Assembly (NCBI GenBank): GCA_965655095.1
Contig: OZ296651.1
Coordinates: 39,990,001-40,054,000, forward strand
DNA length: 64,000 nt
Origin: Haplodiscus bocki
Taxonomy: Eukaryota
Direction: 5' to 3'
The first letter of the stretch is position 1, and every line of letters begins with the position of its first letter. Below are positions 26,694-38,199 of the stretch, piece after piece. Below the pieces are notes generated by a model, which worked only from the letters and a program-made list of their open reading frames with translations, was not told the DNA's origin and searched no databases. Position numbers and translations under genes: made by a program.

Positions 26694-27659
26694 GACCAAA
26701 TATTTGATCCTTATACTACTCGATGAATACTTATCGCTTGTAGCAGGCAAAATCTCAAGTGACAACCAGACTTTCGTGAACCCCAATCACACTAGAAGTA
26801 GGAGTCCGGAAACTTGTGCAGAAAAACTGAATCGATACTCCTCATGACTTTCCAAGAGCATCAGAATATGCGCAAATGAGTCTGAAAAAAGGTTCGGCAA
26901 AGCAACAACGAGCACTATCTCTGACGCCAAACGAACTGAGGACGCAGCGACAGCTGTGAAGTCAGTAAGTGTTATTTCGGACCTTTTGTCTTGCGGGTTG
27001 AGTGGTGGCAAGGTCGAGCGAGCCCGACAAATCCTTAGAAAAATCAGCAACAGTGAGCATGTTTCTACCAACAACAATTCTCGGAGAATCTGTCTACACA
27101 ACAAAGACACAGAATTGGCAGTTTTAGATTTTCTTTCCGATTTTCAAACAACTTCTAAAAAGATTGAAGATTTAAGCTTGGATTTGGTGAGACGTTTGCG
27201 TTTACCAGAATATCTTCTCGCAAACACTTTTGCTATAAAAGTGGCATCCGAAATGAAAAATAGCTCAAACGAAGACGATGATAGCCCATTCAAATCATAT
27301 CCTAGACCCAATAATGAACACGCCAAACGGCTGCGTCTATACTGAAGTAAACAACCACAACTGTCAAAATCATCCCACGAAGCGGGCGGCAGTTTTAGTT
27401 TATAATGGTTAAACAACGAAAAGCACGCGCAAAAAAATACACGTCTGGCAACTGTCAAAGACTTTTCGGAAAAGGATCGCGTAAACAACCCTCCATTTGG
27501 GTGCAACTTTTGCGGTTGGGTTCATTACAAATACAGTGGTTTGACAACTGTAACCGAGTACGCGAAATATAGAGGGGAGAAATTGTTGTGCTCAAAGTGT
27601 TCAAGAACGACTCAAGAAACGATAGCATACAGTAAGATACAAAACATACACGTCCTGTC

Positions 27660-28295
27660 AAAATGATGCCTCTTATGGAAGCCGGAGTTCTCTAGAGAAG
27701 GAGTCAAATTACACGTTCAAACAAGATAACAATTTCCTACGAAAAAGTGAAACCTACACAAAAAAATTTAAACAAGCTCGCAGAAACTTCACAAGACTAA
27801 AAGTTCAAAGTTACCGACTCAATGAAATCTGGTCAATTGACTTGGCTGATATGCAGCAGCTCTCAGAGTTCAATCAGGTAAAAACATTTCTTTTTGTTGC
27901 AGTGGATACACTCAGCCGATTCGTGAGGGTTGTTCCACTTAAACGAAAAACAGCCGCAGCCTGTCGACAAGCTCTGATTGACGTCATTGATGGCAATAAA
28001 CGGGGTCCTCCAGTTTTGCAACCTCGGTTCTGCCGCGGATCGAGGCCAGTATCACTAAACCCGGAAAAAAAGGGTAAAGGCCGGGACTTTGCACGCGAAT
28101 TTGTCAACTTTTGTGAACAATCGGGAATTCGTCGCTATTCCACTTGTAGTGAAACCAAATCGGTGTTTGTTGAAAGGAATATTAGATCAACCAAAGCTCT
28201 GATTTTCAAAGATCTTCACGAAAACAACACTGAAGTGTATCATCAACAATTACAAGCATTTGTTGACATCATCAATTCTACAATCAGCCGCTTCA
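27660..28295 (+). pseudogene. Maverick retroviral-like (rve) integrase, C-terminally truncated
   Basis: ASYGS...SETYTK..ARRNFTRLKVQSYRLNEIWSIDLADMQ...FVAVDTLSRF...KGRDF...SETKSVFVERNIRS. First Asp and Glu of the DDE triad are visible; the second Asp region is deleted. Confidence 0.92.
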
Positions 28296-28299
28296 ATCC

Positions 28300-28880
28300 A
28301 TGTGCGACAACCTCTGCAGCAGTGTTGGCTGGGATATCAGTCAATTGCCACTGAGCTGGGACATTTGCGAAGCATCCCAGTTACTGCACCTCAAATTCAG
28401 CACAACTTCAAATAAAGAAGAGAAAAAAATCCGCCTCAAAGCCGTTTCCGGAGATTTGAAAAACATACTCGGTTTGGAATACTTAGTGCACTGTAGCCAG
28501 CCGATTGATGACGCCAAACAGCCTGAAGGAAGTCATGGTTTGGAGGTCCCGCAAGACTGTGAAGAACCAAAAAAAGTTGAAAGACGCGGCGAAATGAGCG
28601 AGCAAATTGGTAACTATCATGTTCATATAACAGCAGGATGTCACACTATGTTTGTTTACTGTGATTTGGGTCAAAACGAAACACTCGGAGACACACAAAC
28701 AGCACTACTCAGGGCCGTACCACTTGGTGACAACAAAAGACAGCGGACGTTCACCAGAAATAAACGGCGTCGAGTGATACAGTCTTCAATTCATTCATTA
28801 ACCATTGCTTTTCGAAATGAAGCAGGCGGTCTCATTCCTTTTTGAGTCGAGGAAAAACAAACTTGACTTTGGAATTGACA
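28300..28880 (+). pseudogene. Minor capsid (penton) protein, C-terminal part
   Basis: HITAGCHTMFVYCDLGQNETLGDTQTALLRAVPL...IHSLTIAFRNEAGGLIPF..GKTNLTL matches the FVYCD..GD...LLR..P...G..IPF penton signature. Confidence 0.8.
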
Positions 28881-29171
28881 AACAAAACAAATTTCAGCTC
28901 AACAGCCCTCGATTTTCGCTGTCATTGTGGTTGTTGTCATCCTTCTTAGCACCATCTTCCTTCTAAACTTTGTCAATTTCCACTTTCTCTAAATTGGAAG
29001 TTAGATGAAGCAGTCGTGCTCCTTGTAGGCAGCTTCCATTTATACATCTAACTAACAGCAACATCATTTGTCCGTTCACAATCTATAACAAGAGTCAGTC
29101 ACAAAAGAGCATCTCCTTTACTGTGGTCGTTGGGAAAAGAGACACGGAGATAAATAGAACGAGACAGATTG

Positions 29172-29760
29172 ATGGATGCTCACTTTGCCAATCAAATAAG
29201 GCAAAAGACGATTCGAACTCCCAATGCAGTCGCTTTTCGCGGGCCGGCGCGTCAGTATGGCTCTGGAGGATTGGGTGCATTCGCTATGCGTATGGGCCGC
29301 GTGCCGATGCCTCTCGTGAAACAACAAGTGATACCTGTGGCCGAAGAAATTGGAAAGAACTTATTAGCGTCATTTGTGCTGGAAGTCTCAAATGTCATCT
29401 CGGGTAGGAAAAGACCATAGACTGTGCTGGTGGAAACAATGAAAAAACGCGCGTCAAAAACCATTGCCTCGACCACCTCCGCCGCCGCTTCTTCAAAAAG
29501 CGTTAATGCTCGCGCATATACATCAAAAAACCAATTGGAAGTGTATCCGAAACTGTTGGACCGATTGGCACGCCACGGCGTGCGGGAGCGGGAGGGTGGC
29601 GGTCGGGTGGGTGAGTGACGAGCGATGGAGCCCGCAGGCACCGGGCGGGTGGCGGGCCGTCGTCTGGGCGGCAAACACGAGACAATAAAGTGAAAGTCTT
29701 TAATCGGAAAAAATTTGCTGCGAAAAGTCGCTCCGATATACTCTGGTGTGGCGTTCAACA
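29172..29760 (+). pseudogene. Maverick/adintovirus core-like protein (amphipathic N-terminus, Arg/Gly-rich tail)
   Basis: MDAHFANQ..FRGPARQYGSGGLGAFAMRMGRVPMPLVKQQVIPVAEEIGKNLL, then after one stop a GC-rich, Arg-rich continuation. Lies between penton and major capsid. Confidence 0.7.
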
Positions 29761-29859
29761 ACTAGTGAAGAACCTGATTAGCAAGCATCACATAACGAAG
29801 GAAGAAGTGATGAATGCCAGCAGTAGCAACCAAAACCTCTAATTCGGAGCCTCATGTGA

Positions 29860-30548
29860 AAATGCAAATCCCGTAACCCCCAGCGGTCTAGATGTTTTTG
29901 AAGGACCGTCCGTACTGATAAATTACGAAGGATCCTTCGACCAAGAAGTCTTTCCTCAAGTAGGTTGCAGAGGGCCTCAGCTTGATTTTTTTTCTCATTA
30001 AAAACTGCATTGATTCGTACCGAATTTGTTTGGGATTGGACGTAAAATTATACAGCCCAGATGCAAAAGATGCTGCAACGCCAGACAATTCATTTTTATC
30101 CAACAACACGCTGCATTCTTTGTTTTCACATGTCGAATTATTTCTGAACGGCAAATTGATATCCAACAGCAACAACAACTACCATCGAAGCCGCTTTTGT
30201 CGAAACAGAATTGACAACAGACCCAGTTAGCAAAAGGACATGGACCATTTGCCAAGGCTACCGTTATCAACCAAACAAAGAAAAAATTTAGAACTGAAAA
30301 ACAAAATCATGAAAAATTTTGCTGATAATGGTACCTGCTCCTTTTACCTCTATGGAGCTCCACATGTTGACTTTTCGATTGCGAGCGGTTACTACTGCCA
30401 GGCAAGACACTTCATTTGCGCCTCTATCGATCGCCCAACATTTGCGCTTTGGAAACTTTGACCGATTTGGATGCAGATGCAGTTAAAATTCTTGAGAAAA
30501 ATCCGCCTGTTGTGGTACTTGAGAAAACGTCCCTGTTTGTAGACAAGA
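29860..30548 (+). pseudogene. Major capsid (double jelly-roll/hexon-like) protein, N-terminal part only
   Basis: SGLDVFEGPSVLINYEGS...GPQLDF...CID...NNTLHSLFSHVELFLNGKLISNSNNNY...FVETEL...YGAPHVDF..ERLLLPG..LHLRLYRS...VVLEKTSLFV. Frameshifted and cut at ~30548. Confidence 0.88.
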
Positions 30549-30633
30549 CTGTCTTATTGTGTTTTTGGCGAATATGCTGATACAAAGTACGTTTCGATGA
30601 GAAAACTTTTTGGCAATCGTCACATCGAATCAT
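30548..30633 (-). CDS. C2H2 zinc-finger ORF start at the right end of the Maverick (truncated)
   Basis: MIRCDDCQKVFSSKRTLYQHIRQKH is a canonical C-x2-C-x3-F-x5-L-x2-H-x4-H finger. Confidence 0.75.
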
Positions 30634-30944
30634 TTTGCTGAGGAACAATGAAAAAGGATCCAGCAGAACTGTATGCTAGTGTAATCTACTTCAATCGGTG
30701 AATTTTTTTCAATGTTTTTCTATTTGAGCTCAATTTTTGAAATTTCCGGCAAAATTTGCTGATTTTTTTCGAAATTGGTCAAATTCTTCAAATTCGTTTT
30801 GGTAAATTTTGGATACCAATAAGGAATTAATTCAGAATACGATGAGGCTTCAACATTTTCATCAGTATTGGTATACTATTCGATATTTGAACCACAGCGA
30901 AATCTTGACTCCAATGTTTGAAATCTGTCAGAAAAATAAACTAG

Positions 30945-32683
30945 ATAACTGTCAAAGCTGTTATCAAAGGTTAAACTAGGAGTTGGTAACGTATTATGAT
31001 TGAGGAGCAATAAGTGGCTCTAACGGCACGTCCTTATATGGAAAGAGTCATAAGTGGCTCTAACCCCCCCTTCCTATAAAACTGTTAGCTTCTTAAGTTG
31101 CATGTCCGCGTAAGTTGTTTCTCTAGCTAATTTCAATCTCCGCTAAATTTGCCTCGGAGGACATGCAACTTAGTGTTATATGGTTGCTAATTTTTGCTGT
31201 AAAATGATATTGAGTTCCTCAGTCTCTTTAAAATCATCTCTTGAACCAAGCTTTAAATTGTTTTCAAATGATTCAAAAAGTGAAGATTTTTTCAACAATT
31301 GGCAAATCGAGAAATCTAGGTTAGCGGTTATTTCGTTCTCATACTTTCGATGCGGTATTTTCTGACCCGTAATTTGAAATTTAAATTTTGTTCTTTTCGT
31401 TTTTTTTCAAAGTTGTCGAAATTTAGTCGAATCATATTTTGTCATTGACCGTAAAGTCACAAATATCATTAGATTGTAATCTTTCAGTACAAATATCAAA
31501 ATCTTCCACAGTTTCCAGAGAAGTCGAGGAAATTCAAAAATCAAGGCATAATGCTTGACAATGCTCGAAAAAGTTCAAATTTGAAAAAAAATTGCGCAAT
31601 TCTTCGAAAAGCCCGAAACAAAAATCTTCGCGGTAGAAAACCATTTTTTCGTTGAAGTTGATGAAAATACGAAAGTCGTTTCATGACAGTGCGGAGGTAG
31701 TGGGGTTCGAACCCGTAGTTCCGCAGTGACCGAGCACCTTTGATTGACTACCATTCTCTTTGATCACTACTAACTTAAGGAGGCAAGGGAAGAAGACAAT
31801 GAAAGTAAGCGAGAAGTCGCATGAGAATTTAACTAAAAGTTGGTAACCCCGGGGACAAAAAAAGTCTACATACTGAGGAACTGATTTTCATTTCGTAAAA
31901 CACCACCACCGAAAATAATAATGACTGAAAACTACTTGCTTACTTTCACTGATCTCAACTGAATTTCCAACGTTTCTTGGGGTGGGAAAGGAAGAGGAAA
32001 AAATTGTACGATATCATTTAAGTATAAAATAATAGCTCCCCTTAATCACTCAGCAGCCCACACAAGAATCCAATTGCAAAGTGGTGTGCAGATGAGAAAA
32101 AAAGTATCCAAGAAGCTTTAAAATAGTCAGTTTGACACATGAAAGAAGTTACACAATAATAAACAACCACTCTGCATGACAAGCAGAATGCATTCCTTTT
32201 TTGAAAAGATTCGGATTTGAATTAAAATCTCGTAAAAAACACATCAGTAGTATATGGGAATAACAGAAAATCCACTAAAATACATCAAGAGCAGTGGCAC
32301 TACGATGTTTTGCGTAATCAACTGAGCGTTAAACTTGAAAGTCATGGAGAGAACAACTCACATCATCCAAAACGTTGCTTATAGCTAAATTCTTACAAAC
32401 GCAAAGCTGTGCTTCACAAAAATTGCGTCAACGGAAAACTAGTCAAATCGAATTGATTTCGAAAAGACATAGGCACTATGGAAAATACTGATTAAAAGGG
32501 AGTTCAGTCAACTCAGTTACTTCTCATAAACCTACATACGAGTGTAATCACTATAACAGCTATAGCAGTCAATTTGTTTTGAAAATGGATAAAACGAGCG
32601 TACAGACTGGAAAGAAGGCCAAGTGAACAGATTTCTGAAATTGAGCGGGAACGCATGAATATAAGTTTGCAATAAAGCGAGAG
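30945..32683. repeat. Right arm of ~1.75-kb inverted repeat
   Basis: Reverse complement of 21508-23285; clear identity ends at ...AATAAAGCGAGAG (32683). Confidence 0.95.
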
Positions 32684-32690
32684 GTGTACA

Positions 32691-33322
32691 GACGGTTTTA
32701 AAACCTGTAAATGTGACATTGATCTTTACTGTCATATTCTGGTTTTTCAGTTTTTTTGTTTCAGTGCAATGCTGAAGGGAGTGAAAGACTTGCAACAATT
32801 ATCACAACTTCTGGAATCCCTGCATAAAATATCTGAAGACAATGTCGGCTGAATAGTCTCTCAACAACCTAAACTTCGCCTGTGGAACTTAAGATGAGCT
32901 TTCACTAATATCAGGGAATGACTTCGAAAAAATTGGTGCTATTATTTATTGCTGTGATTCCATGTTTAATTCGTATGTTTTTGATTTCATTTTTCGTTCA
33001 ATTAGTTGACTAATGGAGAAATCTAGGTTAACGGTTTTTCCGTTCTCATACTTTGGATGCGAAAATTTCTGACCCGTAGTTTGAAATTAATTTTTTTTCT
33101 GGTCGTTTTTTTCAAAGTTATGCATTCTCGAAAACTGGCGGTTTTTTTGCAGCCATCCAGTGCTGACTGGGAGATCCGCAATTCCGGAAATTTTGGAGAA
33201 GGTAGGACGAGCCGTTTATTTCGTTCCACGGGAAGTATGTTGTTGTAATTTTGTCTCTTCGAAAATATTTTTCCTGAAATCTACGGGCTGAAGTACAGCC
33301 ATCTGGTGCTTTTTCGAAAACG
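32691..33322 (+). repeat. ~630-bp direct duplication, copy 1 (copy 2 at 37284-37920)
   Basis: Both copies run from GACGGTTTTAAAACCTGTAAATGTGAC to GCCATCTGGTGCT.TTTCGAAAACGA with scattered substitutions. Confidence 0.95.
32765..32852 (+). CDS. ENTR1: ENTR1-like terminal coding exon, proximal copy (..NAMLKGVKDLQQLSQLLESLHKISEDNVG*)
   Basis: Acceptor tttttttgtttcag; phase 2 matches the donor at 19466. The peptide resembles the ENTR1 C-terminus (L.SG.E.L.LV..IL.SID.ISE pattern). Confidence 0.65.
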
Positions 33323-33324
33323 AT

Positions 33325-35000
33325 CAATACGGGGAACTTGCGGAGACGTCAGGAGTGATGTGGTGTTCCACAAATTCCAAGCGAAATTTTTTGAAAATCG
33401 AAAGCTTCTCACTGGCGTCGCCAAATCAAAAACATAACCGCCTAAGGTGGATAGGACAACGGCAAGTTTTTTGAGATATGCATAGGGTCCCACTTCAACC
33501 CTCTTTCCGTTTTATCGCGAATTGGAACCAATGGATTCAAATGTCCCGAGATATACACTGTTAAACGTATATTGGGTGGCGAGCAAAATAACAATGTCAG
33601 TTTTTTATTTGCACGCTGTCACCGCTACTCTGATGGCTCGTATGGCACTCCCACGCATCTTCGGTAAGTTTTCAAAAGAGTTCTTAAAAGTATTTGTTTC
33701 GGAAAAAGTCACAAAATGTCGTACGAAAAAGCGTAAAGAAATTGAAACAGAATAACACTATGATATCTTCGTGAATTTACAGTTTTCCGAAGCTCTAAAG
33801 CTGAATTTCTGAGCGCTTAGAAGTCGCAATGCTTTTTATTTGGCCTGCACAGATTTTTATTCGTTCACGCTAATTGAGCTCGGAAAATGAGTGTCCTTGA
33901 AAACTTTATCTAATCTCGCAGAGTTCTTATGATGTTTGTTTCGTTGCCACCCCCTTTCAGAAATGCCAAGTAATTCAAAACTTCACTAAAGCTTCACCAG
34001 TTTCAATCTTTTTGCATTTCTGTCTTCTCTATATTAGTGGAAGTCTTCCGTCTTCTGTAAATCTTGAAATGGAATTACTTCCTTCTTTCCTCCCATTGGT
34101 ACTTCCATACAGCGAAATACCTAACATCCTTGACGCCCATATATTTTTTAGCTTGATCAGAGTCTTTTGTAGTAATCTCAGGTTTTTTTAGTTGGCTTTA
34201 TAGCAATTTAAGTAAAATTTTTAGGCTTTTTTCTCTCTACATTTTTCAACTTCGTCTGGGAGAACAATTTTCGTGCGGCATTCTAAACATATTTTGAAAG
34301 TTTTTTCAATGCGCAACAAAGCTGCGTGGTAGTCCAGGAGGGAACATATAGGCCATAATGGTAACGGTGAGAACGCTCAAATCAACAAAATGTCGAAAAA
34401 AATTTCTGGTTCTTCTGTCAACATGCATATGAGTGTAAACCCCGAGAACTTTTGAGTTGCTTCATCCAATTTCGCGGGAAACCTTATGAAGGTTAAGGGG
34501 ACCCTATCGAACAGAATAGAGCTTTGCAAATTGGACCAAGTTTTGAAAATCACTGAAGACTTCTGAAGATGCTTTCACTCAAGATCACTTGTACTGGGAA
34601 TGACCGAAGAAATTGAGGTGATTGAAAGTTGTCAGTTCTAATGCGGGGAAGTATCCAGGCAGAAGTGTGGCTATTCACAGGCATTCTCAAAAAAATTCGT
34701 ATGCTTTGATATTTTTCCAAATGCTTTGTTGAGGTTGGGGAAGATGAGCTAACTACTGGGAGTAGGGGGTGAAACTAAAGTGGAGAAGCAGTGACCTTCC
34801 TTTCGTTAGAGTGTCCTCATAAGAACTCTGTTTTTTTTTCAACGTGCAGAAACGCAGGAAATCGCGGAAATCCATGTCATTGGAATTATTCCTACTCAGC
34901 ACAGGAGAGAGAGGGATAGGCAGTGGAAGTCGCCGGAAATTTTCCAGATTAGGTTTTCAACTTTAATCTTGTTTGTATCTTGGCAAACGCTCTAAAAATG
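33325..35000 (-). mobile_element. Highly decayed non-LTR (LINE) reverse-transcriptase relic
   Basis: Faint, correctly ordered motifs on the minus strand: FGKISK (~34710), VFSDFQ (~34550), SVLT..MAY (~34360), VKDVRYF.V (~34120). Confidence 0.3.
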
Positions 35001-37358
35001 ACTAGCTATTGGAACTTCTTGATCAATTTCCTTTTTAAAATGAAACTCTTTGGGTAATGAAAGGTAGTGCCCTAAAAGCATCACTTTGCGCAGAATTCCT
35101 TTCCGCTCTGGGTGGCTTTCTCAAGGTCAAACAAATCACTGCGTTTACGATGTTCCCTCTTTTACTATTTTTCTGGCTTTATGACTGACGTCCAGTAAGC
35201 GTTTGGAAGACGTACCAAAAGCCGGATAATGCGTTTTTCCTGCATATAACGTAGGTCGCCAAGAAGTTCGGAACGTCGAAAACCAGTTTTTTCCAACAAG
35301 GACCGTCTGTGCTGGAAATAGAGAAATACTTGGACTCCTGATCCTCAATTTTTCTCTATATCCCCGTGCAACCAGCGTTTTTAAAATCGAAGGCGAAAGT
35401 TTTTCTGGGTACGACGTTGACCTTTTTTTCAGAGCAGGTTTTTTATCGAACACTTCTGCTGAGCTTCAGTGTAACCTCACCACTGGTTACTTCTAGCCAC
35501 TGAAGGGATACGTAAGTAGTTCCAAGCGTAGCTTTCAGACCGTCAGACTTTTGTTTTAGTAGTTTTTTTTCTTTCTGTTCCATTTATATGGACGATTTTG
35601 CAATATTGCCCCGGAAAGTTCATTGTGCCGCTGAGCCGTCTTTTTTTTTTAAAATCATCAATACAGTACATATCAATACAAAACGATAACTTTTGAATTG
35701 TTTTTTTTTAATTTTATTTTCGAATGTTTCAAATATTACAGTAGTTTGCTGTAGTCGTTTGGATTTTTTCTCTTTTGCCTTCCATGTCAACAGCGTAACT
35801 ATTATTCAAGCTAATGCGCGCCGCAGAGGCATAAATTTGTGAAAATACAGCACAAGTATTTATATTTTAGGGTTTTTCGTTGGTGTGGTGAATGAGAAGT
35901 AGCTAATTCTTCGACTTTAGCGGAAGTTCTGGTTTTGCTATCTAATTCTGTTCTTGGGCTACAGGTGCAACAAAAAACCATTGCTAAAGCTGTTTTTCAA
36001 CTAGCTCTTAGGACAAACGATTTGTATTGGACGAAAAGGTCTTTTACAGTGTTTTCGAGTCAGCGAAAATAGATATTTTAGCCTTTTATGGAGCGTTTTT
36101 CATATTTATCTGTACACATACTGCCGCATTCGACATAAAAGGAAGAATATGGGAGTTTTTCTTGAACTTTCATTTTTTCGTTCAATTTGGTTGTGTCAGC
36201 GGATCATCCAAAAAGCATTTAGTCATCTGGAAAGCACATATTTTAAACATTTTTCAACAGTTTAACCTTTAAAAAGTCAACGAAAAACAGTGGTTTTTAG
36301 AGCCACAAATAATCCAAAACTTGCTTAATTCTCGACTAATTCGGATTTTTCGAACTTTTGGCATCTAGATCAAATATATTCATATCAAATTTTTGAGTGC
36401 TTCAATAAAGTTGAGCAGAAGTTGGTGTTTTTCGTCGTTTTCTGGGATTTTCTGCGCTTTGTTTCTCGAATTGATTAAACCGTTTTTGTTAGAAAAACCT
36501 ACACAAATACCAAAATAAGCAACGAACATGACTTTCGTAATCTTGAGTTTCACTTCCAAAAAATGAAACAACTGAATCTCGCTGCTCACTCGATTAGCGT
36601 TGTTTAGTGCTGATATTAAAACGTTACGAAATTTGAACTGGCGGCCCCAGTTGGGACCGTTAGCTGTAAAAATACGTCGCTCCGCGACGATGGGTCACGC
36701 TGTGGCTCTCTCCGAAGGCGCCTCCTTACACCTGCTCTTGAGGTGAATAGAAGCTTGTATTGTGGTTTTCAAGAAAAATCAATTTGTTATCGCAATTAGT
36801 ATTCCCCAGTAATGTTGTGCTATAAAAAAAGATCGAGGACAATGAATGGAAAGTGGAAATATTCGCTTTTTGAATGAATGCTTTCAAAGGAATGGGCTGT
36901 GGCTAAAGCGTTTGCCAAACCATTTTCATGACTTTACAATACATATAGTTTTTTTGTGCGGAAATTTGGTTCCATTTGGAACGGTAACGTTAATTTTCTT
37001 CGTTTTTTGCATTCAGAATTCAGAGTGCTCTTAATTTTCTGGAGTAGTCTTGAACGTTTCTGAATCAATTTTATAACCTTGTGAACTGCTATATGAAGCA
37101 GAAAGTTTGGCCTGTAGAGTAGAAAAGTCACTGAACTCCTTTGCAATGAGAAAGAACGGTTTTTCTTTTAAAGGTGACAATGTAAGTTCTATGTATTAAT
37201 TTGAAGTTGACGCGTAACAGTAGAACAAATTTGTTTTCCTTTTTCTTTTTAACATGTTTTTCAAAACAGAAATCAGGTTTACCGACGGTTTTAAAACCTG
37301 TAAATGTGACATTGTTCTTTGCTGTCATATTCTGGTTTTTCATATTTTTTTCTTTCAG

Positions 37359-37446
37359 TGCAATGCTGAAGGGAGTGAAAGACTTGCAACAATTATCACA
37401 ACTTCTGGAATCCCTACATAAAGTATCTGAAGACACTGTCGGTTGA
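37359..37446 (+). CDS. ENTR1: ENTR1-like terminal coding exon, distal copy (..NAMLKGVKDLQQLSQLLESLHKVSEDTVG*)
   Basis: Acceptor tttttttctttcag, same phase, intact frame and stop. Two amino-acid differences from the proximal copy. Confidence 0.7.
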
Positions 37447-38199
37447 ATAGTCTCTCAACAACCTAAACTTCGCCTGTGGAACTTAAGATGAGCTTTCACT
37501 AATATCAGGGAATGACTTCGAAAAAATTGGTGCTATTATTTATTGCTGTGATTCCATGTTTAATTCGTATGTTTTTGATTTCATTTTCCATTCAATTTGT
37601 TGACTACTGGAGAAATCTAGGTTAACGGTTATTCCGTTCTCATACTTTCGATGCGAAATTTTCTGACCCTTAGTTTGAAATTAAAGTTTTGTTCTTGTCG
37701 TTTTTTTTTCAAAGTTGTTCCTTCTCGAAAACTGACGGTTTTTTGCAGCCATCCAGTGCTGATTGGAAAATCCGCAATTCGGGAAACTTTTGGAGAAGGT
37801 AGGACGAGCCGTTTTTTTCGTTCCACGGTAAGTATGTCGTTGTAATTTTGTCTCTTCGAAATTATTTTTCCTGAAATCTACGGGCTGAAATTCAGCCATC
37901 TGGTGCTCTTTCGAAAACGAAAGTTGAACATTGTCTGTAGCTTCCCGCTACTTGTCCCGAAGTTCAAGATTTGTTTTGATGTCCATTGGCGGCTTAAGGA
38001 CAGCCATCACTTAAAGACAGCCTATGTTTCGTTTTGGCACGTACGCATGAAAAATAACGCCTCTTTTAGTAGTGGTGCTGTCCTCTCTGATTACACAAAG
38101 ACGAGGCTAGTAATTTTTGTTTCTGTGTCTAGTTATTCAGTCCTAGATAAGGGTTTTGAATTTTTTCCTAGTTACTCCGATCCATAACCTTATAAAAAA

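Larger units (their letters stand above)
23116..31085 (+). mobile_element. Internally deleted, pseudogenised Maverick/Polinton (adintovirus-like) endogenous element
   Basis: Co-oriented packaging ATPase, retroviral-type integrase, minor capsid, core protein and major capsid remnants between inverted repeats. No pPolB or cysteine protease was seen. Confidence 0.9.

Noticed and set aside
29252-29761. 169-aa Pro/Arg-rich minus-strand ORF
   Set aside because: Antisense of the GC-rich Maverick core-protein gene; it stays open because of base composition.
21508-32683. Whole 1.75-kb arms as the original Maverick TIRs
   Set aside because: No AG...CT termini or 6-bp target-site duplication at the outer ends, the left arm continues into a transposase remnant, and the identity is inconsistent with the decay of the internal genes.
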